Source: a virus
Lineage: Duplodnaviria; Caudoviricetes
Reading direction: 5' to 3' (one strand)
Virus record (IMG/VR): IMGVR_UViG_3300036958_000855
Location: 1 to 64,000 of that record
Length of the DNA stretch: 64,000 nt
Shown one piece after another: positions 1 to 8,782 of the stretch; within the stretch, counting starts at the first letter, position 1, and every line of letters begins with the position of its first letter. The notes beneath the pieces were generated by a model. That model searched no databases. It saw only the letters and a list, made by a program, of their open reading frames with translations, and was not told the DNA's origin. A program made the translations under genes and the position numbers.

Positions 1-43
1 TGGTCCGCGTGCGGACCCCAGCATCGCTTCGGTCGTGCCACAT
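1..43 (-). CDS. 5' fragment of a gene truncated by the window edge (MWHDRSDAGVRTRT...)
   Basis: ATG at 43-41 overlaps the dnaB stop (TGATG) and is preceded by GAGGAGG. Confidence 0.45.
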   Translation of the reverse strand, partial: MWHDRSDAGVRTRT

Positions 44-1437
44 CAGAATGCCTCCTCGCTCGTTGGCTTCACGGGCGCCGCGGGCGCTTCGTACTCGTTG
101 AACGGCGCGATGCGCGCCCGCTCCCACTCCACGGGCAGCGGACCCACGGTCTTTCGCGATGAGCCCAAGCGGTTCTTCGCCACGTAGAACACCATCTGCG
201 TCCCATCGTCGCGCGCGTTGAGCGAGATAACGAGGTCCGCAACCCGCACCTTGTGCATGGAGTCGCTCGTGTCCCCAAGGTCGAGCTTCTTCTGCTTCTT
301 GCCTCCTTCACCGCGGGTCGCCTGGCTTGCCGTCCAGACCCACCTGCTCGTCTCCGAGGCAAACACGCGGAGGCTCTCGTACACGAGACGCCCGATGGTG
401 TACCCGTTGTCATCCTTGCGCAGGCCAGAACGCACCGTGAGCTTGTCAGCGTAGTCCACGACCAGCACGTCCATCGGGAATCCCCAATCGGCCTCCGCGT
501 CCTTCACCCAATCCCGCAAGTCCTCGACGGTAGTTGCGAGCGGGCTGAACTCCTTCACCACGATGCGCCCGAAGCCGGGCACTGCCTGCACGTCCGCAAG
601 TGCCTTGTGAAACTGTGGGTCGTCTGGCGCGTCCAGAATGTCGTCGATGCAGAAGCCGGTCAGGTTGGCCTTGCAACGTGCGAGCTGAATTGGCTCTGGC
701 AACTCCAGCGTCGCGATGCCGACGTGGAAGCCCATGCGTGCCGCGTTGCACGCCACCTGCATGAGGCCCATGCTCTTCCCGTCCCCTGGGCCACCGAGGA
801 ACATGCTCTCGGTGCCACGCATCACGCCACCCGCAAGAACATCGTCGAGTTCGAGGATGCCAGTCGGCAGCCGCTGCACTTGGCGTAGCCGCTCCAGTTG
901 GCCGAAGCTCTCTGGTCCCACGATGGTCCCGACCGACGAGTCGTTGGTCCCAATGCGCCGCGCCCGTTCCATCTGGTCGAAGGCGTCGCCGAGGTCGCCC
1001 CTCTTCTGGAACGCCTTCACAGCAGTCTCGACCGCCTCACGCTCCGCCCGGCGCCGCAAGAGCGGCGTCAGCTCTCCGAGCACCTCATCCTCGGCAAGCA
1101 ACCCGGCATCCTCCGCGGCGTCAAACACGTCTGCCACGTCCTGAATGTCGGCTTGCGTGACCTTGCCCTCGCCCATCCAACGGCGCAGCCGCTGGATGAC
1201 CACGAGCGCCGAGTCTGGTCCGTGCCCAAGGTCGCGCGCCACGGCAAGACACGCCTGCACGGCGAGCTTGCTCGCTGGCAAGTTGAAGCACTCCGGGTCG
1301 AGCGCAGAGCGCAACCGCCCGAGAAAGCGGGGTCGGCAGCACACCAGCGTCACGACTTGGCGCTCGAAGTCCGCATCGAGGTTGTAGGGGTCGCGGCGCT
1401 GGCGCGCTTGCCCAATGGGGACCACTACGCCAGTCAC
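43..1437 (-). CDS. dnaB: DnaB-like replicative helicase
   Basis: Walker A GGPGDGKS, Walker B VLVVDYAD, WTASQ and KNRLG motifs; probable GTG start at 1437 overlapping the upstream stop (GTGA). Confidence 0.9.
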   Translation of the reverse strand: MTGVVVPIGQARQRRDPYNLDADFERQVVTLVCCRPRFLGRLRSALDPECFNLPASKLAVQACLAVARDLGHGPDSALVVIQRLRRWMGEGKVTQADIQDVADVFDAAEDAGLLAEDEVLGELTPLLRRRAEREAVETAVKAFQKRGDLGDAFDQMERARRIGTNDSSVGTIVGPESFGQLERLRQVQRLPTGILELDDVLAGGVMRGTESMFLGGPGDGKSMGLMQVACNAARMGFHVGIATLELPEPIQLARCKANLTGFCIDDILDAPDDPQFHKALADVQAVPGFGRIVVKEFSPLATTVEDLRDWVKDAEADWGFPMDVLVVDYADKLTVRSGLRKDDNGYTIGRLVYESLRVFASETSRWVWTASQATRGEGGKKQKKLDLGDTSDSMHKVRVADLVISLNARDDGTQMVFYVAKNRLGSSRKTVGPLPVEWERARIAPFNEYEAPAAPVKPTSEEAF

Positions 1438-2801
1438 AGCCACACCCAATCCCCGGAAGCGACCTGCGACCGAAGGTCCGCGGTCATCTCGGTCGCTTCG
1501 CGCTTGGCATCTGCGACCAGTCTGTCGAGCAGATGCTGGGGGAGCGTCTCCGCCACTACGTCGCGGAGCTTCTGTTCGTCGTGCATGGTCACCTCGCGTT
1601 GTATTCGGGTTCGTAGCCTTGCAAGCCGGGCAAGCAATTCTCGCCCGCTTGGTGTGTACACAACCGTCCCGCCAGAGTAGTCGTTCTCCTCGCTGTGGAA
1701 CCACTCAGCCCGTTCTGCGATGCGCGTTGCCGAGAAGACCCACTTCACGGAAGGCGGTTTGCTCGGTTCGATGCGCTTCCAGACGTCGCACGAAAACGCG
1801 CACCAAGCCGCGGGCGCCACTTGGCGCTCGATGAAGACCTTGGCGATGGCAACGAGCGCAGCGTAGTGCTTCGAGCGCGTGATGTGACCGCGACCGAATG
1901 CCCAGGAGCGCTTACCGAAGCGTGACTCCACGGCTCCGAGGAACCAGCGCGAAAGCAGAAAGGCGTGCCGCTCCTCCGAATCGGACGGGTCGAGCAGAGG
2001 CGGGTCGGGGATGGAGCACGGCGCCACCGCGGCGACCGACCGAACAGTCGGCACGTCGGGATGCGGAATGCCGAGCGCTGCGAGGTGGGGAAGCTTGGAC
2101 CCCGAACCGTCTGCCGACTCCAATCGTGCCGAAGAACCAACCGCGTCACGGACGCGGTATTCTTCCTTACGAAGTAAGGAAGAATCTACTAGATCTATAG
2201 TACAGAGATCGAGGGGGGGTCTTGATTGTTTCCGATTCGCCAGGAATCTGGAATCCGCACATACGTCCTGGGCGTCCGCGGCGCCATTGACGACCGCAAC
2301 CACTTCCTCCTCCGTGGCGACTTCGAGGAGGCGTAGGCGCACCGGGCGCCGCGTCAGAAGCGGGCGCTTGCACGGGCGACCTGCCCCTACACGTGTGCCT
2401 CCCCACGAGGCTGCTCTGGCAGCCCATGCGGCGACGGCTTGCGGGACAACCACGATGCTGCCGCGCTGCTCGCCGTGTACACGACGCAGGTACGTCCACC
2501 GCAGCTCACTTCCGAGCCCACTCGCGACGGGCAGCTTGCGCCACCCAACCGCCTCGATGAGCCCGACGCGCCGCAGCTTGGCGAGCGAATCCTTCACCAC
2601 GGAAAGCGGGATGCGCTCGAAGCCGCGCACGTGCGTGAGCCCTGCGTCCGTCACGTGCGTCACGCCAGTCGCAGACCGCACCGAGCAGAGCGCCTGCCAA
2701 ACGATGAACGTGGCGCGCCCGAGCTTGGCGCGCAGTGCATCCGCTTCGACTGACGCTGGCTCATTCGTGCGAGTGCTTTGTGGGAACTCGCGCAGCGTCA
2801 T
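1434..2801 (-). CDS. Putative replication initiator (N-terminal winged-HTH, low-complexity linker, helical C-terminus)
   Basis: Directly upstream of and coupled to dnaB; HTH-like segment (LSVVKDSLAKLRRVGLIEAV); AT-rich palindromic tract inside the linker. Confidence 0.6.
   Translation of the reverse strand: MTLREFPQSTRTNEPASVEADALRAKLGRATFIVWQALCSVRSATGVTHVTDAGLTHVRGFERIPLSVVKDSLAKLRRVGLIEAVGWRKLPVASGLGSELRWTYLRRVHGEQRGSIVVVPQAVAAWAARAASWGGTRVGAGRPCKRPLLTRRPVRLRLLEVATEEEVVAVVNGAADAQDVCADSRFLANRKQSRPPLDLCTIDLVDSSLLRKEEYRVRDAVGSSARLESADGSGSKLPHLAALGIPHPDVPTVRSVAAVAPCSIPDPPLLDPSDSEERHAFLLSRWFLGAVESRFGKRSWAFGRGHITRSKHYAALVAIAKVFIERQVAPAAWCAFSCDVWKRIEPSKPPSVKWVFSATRIAERAEWFHSEENDYSGGTVVYTPSGRELLARLARLRTRIQREVTMHDEQKLRDVVAETLPQHLLDRLVADAKREATEMTADLRSQVASGDWVWL
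2159..2260. other. Candidate replication origin inside the initiator gene
   Basis: Perfect 12-bp inverted repeat ATTCTTCCTTAC-GAA-GTAAGGAAGAAT (2159-2185), then AT-rich short palindromes (TAGATCTA, CTATAG), in an otherwise very GC-rich genome. Confidence 0.45.
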
Positions 2802-2921
2802 GACCTCGCATCCTCAAGTAGCGCCCGTCGGGTCGGCTTGCCGGAAAGCGGGGGAGATTGACGATTCCACCACCGGCTCCCGGCGAGCGCTGCTTGAGGG
2901 TGCGAAGCGCGAGCAAAGATT

Positions 2922-2949
2922 ATTCTGGTCTTCGTGCACATCTTGTCAA
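2922..2949 (-). promoter_or_regulatory. Candidate sigma70-type promoter for initiator-dnaB
   Basis: TTGACA (2949-2944), 16 bp, CAGAAT (2927-2922) in the intergenic gap upstream of 2801. Confidence 0.35.
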
Positions 2950-3053
2950 CTCCCTTGTCGTTGCACCACGCAGCCGAGCGTGGACCTCTCGTGTTAGCCG
3001 AAGCGAGGCTGGGTTGCAAGCGTGAAGTGCCTTGCGCGTTGGCGCCCGCATTC

Positions 3054-4499
3054 TCACAGCACAAGCTGCTCGATGACCGTCTCGTAGCCTTCCTGAGCGT
3101 ATGCGCGCAGTCGGGCGCGCGAGTGGCGCTCTAACCAGCGACATCCTGAGTGCGTGCGCCGCTCCTCTCCGTCTTCTGCTTTCGCCTTGGTGCAACCGCA
3201 CCCGACGTCGTGGAAGTCCCAGCACTCGAAGTCCGTCTTGCCAGACTTCGCGTCGGGTCGCATCCCGCGCCCGAGCTTCTGGAGCGCGGCGATGACCGAC
3301 TTGCCTCCGCTTGCCACGACGACCGAGCGCAACTCTGGGATGTCGATGCCTTCCTGGAACACGACCGAGCACACGAGCACGTCGATGCGCCCCTGCACGA
3401 GGTCGCGCACGTACCGCATCCGGTGCTCAACGCTATGAGAGCCCCAAGTGAACGCGGGCTTGAGCCCTGCTGCCCAGAGACGCCGCTCAAGCTCGCGCCC
3501 GTGCCGTATCTCCTTGACGAACACAAGGCACGGGCGCTCCGCACGACGCACCGCTTCGACGACGAGCGCGTTGCGCCGGTTGCTGCGCACGATGTTCTCG
3601 CCATAGACGCCCTGCCAGGTCGGCTTGTCGGAGCGTGGATGATGCACCTCCACCATGTGGATGTGCGGTCGCGCTAGCACCCCAGCACCGATGAGGGTCT
3701 CCGCCTTGATGCGGTAGATGACCGGTCCGAGCGCGGCGATGGCGAACACGCTTCGCTGGTCGCCACGTGCCAACGGAGTCCCCGACATGCCAAGCCGGAA
3801 GTAAGCCGGGCACGCCATCGCGACATGCCAGAAGCTCCACGCTGGCAGCACGTGGCACTCGTCAACGATGAGCCCCTCGGAGCCAGCGAGCAGCGCGGTG
3901 GTGCGCGCGTCCTTCTGCTGTAACCGCTTTGCAAGAGTTTGGAACGTGGCGACGACGAACGTGCACCCGTCTGGCACGTTCCACGTCCCGTCCCCGATGC
4001 GCCCGGCTTGGCGCCCGGTGCGGCGCTCATACCGTTCTGCGGTTTGCTCCATGAGGCTCGCACGGTGCACGAGGAACAACCAGCGGCACGGGAGCGCTTG
4101 CGCAAGCCCGACCGCTATCTCAGTTTTCCCGGAGCCGGTCGGGCACCACAGGATGCCGCGTCCGCGTGACGCGGCACGCTCAACGCCTTCGAGCTGGTAG
4201 TCACGCAACCATCCAAGGTCTGCGTCTGGGTCACGCGGGCACGGGCAGCACCGGTTGTCTGCGAGTTCCACCGAGAAGCCTTCCTCTGGCGCAGCCCGCT
4301 GCACGAGGGAGAGGAAGCCGCTCGGGAACGTCTGGTTGAAGACGTTGAACATGCGAACCTTCCCGTCCGCCGAGTGCGTGCGCCCCTTGCGGTACTTCGC
4401 TGCGCTGTCGGTAAACGCAAGGTACTCCGTGAGCCATGCACGCTCGGCGTCCGTGGCGCGCACGAGCTTCGCGTAGTTGTCTCCGTGCTCAATCCACAT
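3054..4499 (-). CDS. Superfamily 2 DExH helicase (UvsW/SSL2-like)
   Basis: CPTGSGKT, IVDECH, GMSGTP, VFQEGIDIP and QKLGRGMR motifs. Confidence 0.9.
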   Translation of the reverse strand: MWIEHGDNYAKLVRATDAERAWLTEYLAFTDSAAKYRKGRTHSADGKVRMFNVFNQTFPSGFLSLVQRAAPEEGFSVELADNRCCPCPRDPDADLGWLRDYQLEGVERAASRGRGILWCPTGSGKTEIAVGLAQALPCRWLFLVHRASLMEQTAERYERRTGRQAGRIGDGTWNVPDGCTFVVATFQTLAKRLQQKDARTTALLAGSEGLIVDECHVLPAWSFWHVAMACPAYFRLGMSGTPLARGDQRSVFAIAALGPVIYRIKAETLIGAGVLARPHIHMVEVHHPRSDKPTWQGVYGENIVRSNRRNALVVEAVRRAERPCLVFVKEIRHGRELERRLWAAGLKPAFTWGSHSVEHRMRYVRDLVQGRIDVLVCSVVFQEGIDIPELRSVVVASGGKSVIAALQKLGRGMRPDAKSGKTDFECWDFHDVGCGCTKAKAEDGEERRTHSGCRWLERHSRARLRAYAQEGYETVIEQLVL

Positions 4500-4749
4500 C
4501 GCGCACCCTCACTCCGTAGCTCTTCGCAAGCGGGAGCAACGTCTGAAGCACTATCGTGTTGTCACCGCGGGCGCGGTAGTGCTCTACGAGTGCCTTGACG
4601 CTCACGTAAAGGAAGCGGTCGTCCCGCTGGTGGTCCAACCCGAGCTTCTCCACCATGCGGTGCACGGTCGAGAGCGCTTTGCCAAGCGCCAACGCCACTT
4701 CCGATGCTGGCGCATACCCCGCGGCTGCCATGTTGTCTTTGACGCTCAT
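4489..4749 (-). CDS. Small HTH DNA-binding protein (excisionase/MerR-like)
   Basis: ASEVALALGKALSTVHRMVE HTH followed by a beta-wing (FLYVSV). Confidence 0.6.
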   Translation of the reverse strand: MSVKDNMAAAGYAPASEVALALGKALSTVHRMVEKLGLDHQRDDRFLYVSVKALVEHYRARGDNTIVLQTLLPLAKSYGVRVRDVD

Positions 4750-4791
4750 CTGTCCTCCTTGCCTGTGACTTGCACGGACGACGCGCTATCT

Positions 4792-5421
4792 TCACGCTCC
4801 GTCGAGCAGACGAAGCAGCCCGTCCGCCATGTCCCCTCCCTTGCCGATTGCCTTGCGCAGCCCGCGCTTGGCGCGGGCGAGGTCTGCCTTCGTCGCGTAC
4901 CGCAACTCCAGCACGAACGGTCGGTCCTGCGCTTCCTCTGGCTCGTCCTGCGCCGTGACCGGATGCTCCATCACGTCGTCTGGCACCTGTCGCTGTGCGG
5001 AGTGAAGCAGATGGTCCAGCTCGTCCGTCGTGAAGCCGGTCAGCGAGAGGTCGTCCATCGACCATCCGTTCGCGTGGAGCGTGGCGACGGAAGCAGCGAC
5101 CGCGGCGAGGTTGAGCTGCCCGCGAAGGTTGTTCATCCCGATGCGCACAGCGACGGTCTTGCCGTCGTCGTGGCGCTCGACGCACGGTAGCGCGGTGTAC
5201 CCTACTTCTGCTGCGGCACGCTTGCGGTGCACGCCGTCCACGATGCGCCAGCGGGCACCAGCACGTTCGACGAGGATGGGTTGCAAGAACCCCACCTCCT
5301 GAATGGCCTGCACGAGCAGCGCGAACTTCTCCGCCGTCATGGCGTTTTCGTTGTCTGGCGCCTCGTCCAGGTCAGCGATGGGGATTGTGAGGATTGGAGG
5401 TGTGGCATGCGTTGCGGTCAT
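4792..5421 (-). CDS. ParB/Srx-like N-terminal domain protein
   Basis: PDNEN, GFLQPILV and WRIVDGVHRKRAA motifs; start taken at ATG 5421. Confidence 0.8.
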   Translation of the reverse strand: MTATHATPPILTIPIADLDEAPDNENAMTAEKFALLVQAIQEVGFLQPILVERAGARWRIVDGVHRKRAAAEVGYTALPCVERHDDGKTVAVRIGMNNLRGQLNLAAVAASVATLHANGWSMDDLSLTGFTTDELDHLLHSAQRQVPDDVMEHPVTAQDEPEEAQDRPFVLELRYATKADLARAKRGLRKAIGKGGDMADGLLRLLDGA

Positions 5422-5431
5422 GCCACGGATG

Positions 5432-5995
5432 CTACCACTCGCGTCGCTGGCGGAGCAAGCGCCACAGGCGCCCGCTCCTCCGTGCTGCCTCGCGGAAGGT
5501 CCAGATGGCGTCGTAGACGCGCAGGCGGTCCACGCCTTCAAGCGCAATCGCCTCGCGTGGTTCCAAGCCGTCGAGCACGACCCGGCGCGCGAGAGTGGCT
5601 TTCGGAGTCGTGGCAAGCAGCCGCTCGAACTCTTCCCGCACACTGGCGCGCCAGTGCGCGTCGGCGAGCGCCTCGTCCGCGTCCTCGTAGTTCACGCGAA
5701 GCGTGTCAATGGCGTCGAGCGAGGCGCGGTGCTGTGTGCGGAGGCGATGAGGGTCGTGCCCGCCTCCGCACACAGGGCTCGATTCTCGCCACAGGTAGCG
5801 CTTGAGCGCAAGGATGACCGCGCGCCATACGTACGCCTCCAGCGGCACCCGTACCGCGGGCTGGTACGTGCGCTGGGCGTGGAGCGCGGCGAGGTGAGCC
5901 TCCTGCCGGAGGTCATCTGGGTCTGCCCACCAGCACTGCCGGGCGTAGCGCGCCGCGGCAGCGTGGCAGATGCGCGTGATGGCATCCGTGCTCAT
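5432..5995 (-). CDS. Phage-encoded sigma70-family (ECF-like) sigma factor
   Basis: Region 2 pattern DDLRQEAHLAAL...Y...PLEAYVWRAV plus a C-terminal HTH-like region 4. Confidence 0.7.
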   Translation of the reverse strand: MSTDAITRICHAAAARYARQCWWADPDDLRQEAHLAALHAQRTYQPAVRVPLEAYVWRAVILALKRYLWRESSPVCGGGHDPHRLRTQHRASLDAIDTLRVNYEDADEALADAHWRASVREEFERLLATTPKATLARRVVLDGLEPREAIALEGVDRLRVYDAIWTFREAARRSGRLWRLLRQRREW

Positions 5996-6957
5996 CCCAG
6001 GTCTACCTCCAGGCGTCCCTGCCCGAGCGAGGTGCCGTTCCCGGCTTCGACCGTGAGCCGCGCCCGCGCAAGCTTCGCCTTCACTTCGTCGAGCCGCTCG
6101 TGCAGCGCGTCGAGCTTCTGGCCGAGCAGCGCCTCGTAGGATGCGACCTTCGCCTTCACGCGGTCGGCCTTCGTGAGCCTGCCCTCCAGCGCCCGGCTTC
6201 CGAGCTTGGGCGCATCGGCGTCTCCGCTTTGCGCCTTCGCCAGCTCCTCTTCGAGCGCTTCCGCTTCGGCGCGCGCTTCTTGGGCGATGGCATCGGTGAT
6301 GGCCTCGATGGCCTCATCCGTTCGCATGCAAGGCATCCCCAGCACAGCGTGGCTCGATGCCTTGCGGATGGCTGCGACCATGGCGCGCCACATGTCGAGG
6401 TGCGTCCGCGGCACGAAGTACACGCCTCCGGTGTCGCGGAGGCTCACAGCGTGCACGGTGCCCATCAGCTTCGTCAGCCACGGGCTCACGTCGGCTTGGA
6501 TGAGGTCCGTGAGGTGGCGCCGATAGGAGGCAGCCAGCTCGTCGGCGCGCTTGTGGTCCACAGGTTTGACCACGAGTTGCCCAGCGGCGTTGAGCCCGAG
6601 CCGCGCCTCCACGGCGTAGTCGAGGTCCTCGCCTTGTGCCTTCTCCGCCACGATGGCCCAGCCCTTCCCGCCGTCAAGCGAGCGCACGAGCATCCGGGGT
6701 CCGGCCTGGGTCTTCGCGGCGCGAGCGAGGGCGGTCTGAGGGGAGGGAGCACGTGGCAGCAGCTCGGGGTCGAGCCCGGCTTCCACCCAAGCCGCTTCAA
6801 GCGCGGCGAGGTTCAACCCGCCCGAGAGCCGCCACCAGACGGCGCTCCCTGCCGTCTCGACGCTCTCGACGGCAACGTAAGAAGAGCCGTACAGCTCCGG
6901 GTTCCCGGCGCGCAAAGCGCCGTGCAGTGCCGCGGTTTCCTGGGGTGTAATCGTCAT
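5992..6957 (-). CDS. DUF3150/DUF6744-like conserved mobile-element protein
   Basis: AVSLRDTGGVYFVP motif and C-terminal coiled coil; strong SD AAGGAG; family recognised from memory. Confidence 0.5.
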   Translation of the reverse strand: MTITPQETAALHGALRAGNPELYGSSYVAVESVETAGSAVWWRLSGGLNLAALEAAWVEAGLDPELLPRAPSPQTALARAAKTQAGPRMLVRSLDGGKGWAIVAEKAQGEDLDYAVEARLGLNAAGQLVVKPVDHKRADELAASYRRHLTDLIQADVSPWLTKLMGTVHAVSLRDTGGVYFVPRTHLDMWRAMVAAIRKASSHAVLGMPCMRTDEAIEAITDAIAQEARAEAEALEEELAKAQSGDADAPKLGSRALEGRLTKADRVKAKVASYEALLGQKLDALHERLDEVKAKLARARLTVEAGNGTSLGQGRLEVDLG

Positions 6958-6977
6958 GGTGCAATCTCCTTCGGTTG

Positions 6978-7046
6978 GGGCTCGCCGTGAGCCCTGCGGG
7001 CTTCGCCCCGCAGTCGAGCGCTCGACCTCGCAAGGGTCGAGCGCTC
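6978..7046 (-). promoter_or_regulatory. Three abutting hairpins in the leader directly upstream of the SD of 5992-6957
   Basis: Stems 6978-6994 (6 bp), 6994-7013 (7 bp) and 7016-7046 (12 bp); 7013-7026 is also a perfect 14-bp palindrome. Confidence 0.6.
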
Positions 7047-7060
7047 TCAGCGCGTCGTAG

Positions 7061-8392
7061 CTAGGCGGTCACAGGGCAGATGTGCCCGCGAGGCAGCACG
7101 GCGATGGCGCCGTCCGAGGCCACGCAGCGCCACTTGTTGCCCGCCACGGGCGCTTCCACGGTCAGCACGTCCATCTGTTCCGTCGTGAGCACTTCCGCGT
7201 AGGTGGCGCGCTTGTCCTCACGCACGCTCACGCGCGTCCCCACAGCGAGCGAGTTCGTCGCGGGCTTGGCGGTCTTGGGCGCGGGCTTGGCGGTCTTGGG
7301 CGCGGGCTTCCATCCGTAGGGCAGCGTCTTGAGCGCGCCCTCAGCAGCCACGAGCGCGGGAAGCGCCGTGCGCAGCGCCTCGATGGCGGTCACGATGCCG
7401 TCCTCAGTGCCCAGCGCTTCGAGCTTCCCCACGAGTTGCGTCATCCGCACGTAGGTGTTGTGCACGAGCGCCGCATTCTGGTGCGCCGGTCCCATCTCCT
7501 TCATCCGCGCGTCGTAAGCCTTCGCCGTGGCGACCCACTTCTCGTAGGCAGCGAGCGCCTTGGCTTCCTTGGTCGCGGGCGCCGGGGTCGGCTCGGGCTG
7601 GGGCTCGGGCTGGGGGGAGGCATCCGCCACGGGCTGGGGCTCTGGCGCGGGCTCGGGAGTCGGCTCTGGCACGAGCGCCAGGTCGGTGGGCTTCGCGGCA
7701 GCTTCGGCAGCGCGGGTCTTGCGCGAGCGCTTCTTCGCGGGCGCGTCCGCCTTGCCGATGAAGCCGAGTCGCTCCATCTCCTCGCGTGCCACGGGCTGCG
7801 CTTGCGTGCTTTCGCCGTTCGCGGCGAGGTCGGTGGAGGCGGAGGTGGTCTTGGTGGTCTTCTTGCTCATGGTCAATCTCCTGTCGGGTGCGCCATTGGG
7901 CACGGTTGCATTCGCGGCACTCGCCGTGAGCGCCGCTTCAATCGCCTCGTCGAAGCCGTTCTCAGAGGCGTAGGTCACGGTCTTGGCGTCCCGCAGCGTC
8001 GGGTCGCCCAAGGTCACTTCGTAGCGCGGTCTGCCGAGCCGCATGCGGAAGGTGGCGTGCGCGGCACGCCCAAAGAGTTCGCGGCAGCGCGCCTCGGCCT
8101 GGCGCTTGGTCGTCTTGCGCACGTCCACGCCGAAGTGCTCGCGGGCTCCCTTGTCGCCTTCTGCCCAGACGTAGTTAGTCGCGTCCCAGCGCACTTCGCC
8201 AGCGCCATTGATGCACACGAGCCTCGGCGCCTCATCGCCAGGGTCCGCGGCGAGCACGTAGCTGTTGCAGCGGGCACTCCAGTAGATGTCCTCCGTGGTC
8301 CGCGTGTCGTAGAGGGCCACGTCCACGCGCCTTCCGTAAGGCGTGTCCTTGTAGCCGTACACGCGGCAGCCGGTCGGGCTTTCGGGCATCAT
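7061..8392 (-). CDS. Hypothetical protein with an internal in-frame start at 7870; the downstream part is basic, Pro/Glu-rich, then helical, then SH3-like
   Basis: One open frame from ATG 8392/8389, with a second SD (AGGAGATTGACC-ATG) at 7882-7868; PEPT and KPAPKTA repeats. Confidence 0.65.
   Translation of the reverse strand: MMPESPTGCRVYGYKDTPYGRRVDVALYDTRTTEDIYWSARCNSYVLAADPGDEAPRLVCINGAGEVRWDATNYVWAEGDKGAREHFGVDVRKTTKRQAEARCRELFGRAAHATFRMRLGRPRYEVTLGDPTLRDAKTVTYASENGFDEAIEAALTASAANATVPNGAPDRRLTMSKKTTKTTSASTDLAANGESTQAQPVAREEMERLGFIGKADAPAKKRSRKTRAAEAAAKPTDLALVPEPTPEPAPEPQPVADASPQPEPQPEPTPAPATKEAKALAAYEKWVATAKAYDARMKEMGPAHQNAALVHNTYVRMTQLVGKLEALGTEDGIVTAIEALRTALPALVAAEGALKTLPYGWKPAPKTAKPAPKTAKPATNSLAVGTRVSVREDKRATYAEVLTTEQMDVLTVEAPVAGNKWRCVASDGAIAVLPRGHICPVTA
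7259..7309. repeat. 21-bp tandem repeat, about 2.4 copies (KPAPKTA)
   Basis: CGCGGGCTTGGCGGTCTTGGG twice plus a partial copy. Confidence 0.9.
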
Positions 8393-8418
8393 CGTCGTCT
8401 GCTCTTTTCGGTGCGGAT

Positions 8419-8759
8419 TCATGGGGACCAGAGGTGCTGCATGTCTCGGGCCACCGCGACACGACGGAAGCACTTGCGCCAACGCGCTGGATTCGCGGCC
8501 TCACTATAATGGCGCAAGGCGCGCAAGGCATGCAAGCGTTGCAAGGTATGCAATAACTTGCGGAGTGGGGGGTTGCACTTGAAAACAAGGCACTTCGCGT
8601 GATTCTGGCCGAGCACTCCGCACCGCGGCGCACACTCTGCGATACGACGCCAGAGCGCACACTAGAAGGAGGGAGCTTTCCGCCGAGAAGTCGTGCGCGC
8701 ATTCGCAAGGCTAGCGGGCGTAGGAGGGCCGAGACTTGCAGCACCTCTGGTCCCCATGA
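8419..8759. promoter_or_regulatory. Divergent control region bounded by 31-bp inverted repeats
   Basis: CCGAGAC(A/T)TGCAGCACCTCTGGTCCCCATGA at 8449-8419 (minus) and 8729-8759 (plus), one mismatch; TATAAT at 8505-8510; GCAA every 9 bp at 8514-8553. Confidence 0.85.
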
Positions 8760-8782
8760 CCACGACCCAGAAGAGGCAGACG

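Noticed and set aside
1438-1704. N-terminal extension of DnaB given by the ORF track
   Set aside because: Overlaps the initiator C-terminus in another frame; the GTGA-coupled start at 1437 fits better
4792-5421. ParABS partition system
   Set aside because: No ParA gene or parS array seen; only the ParB-like N-terminal domain is supported
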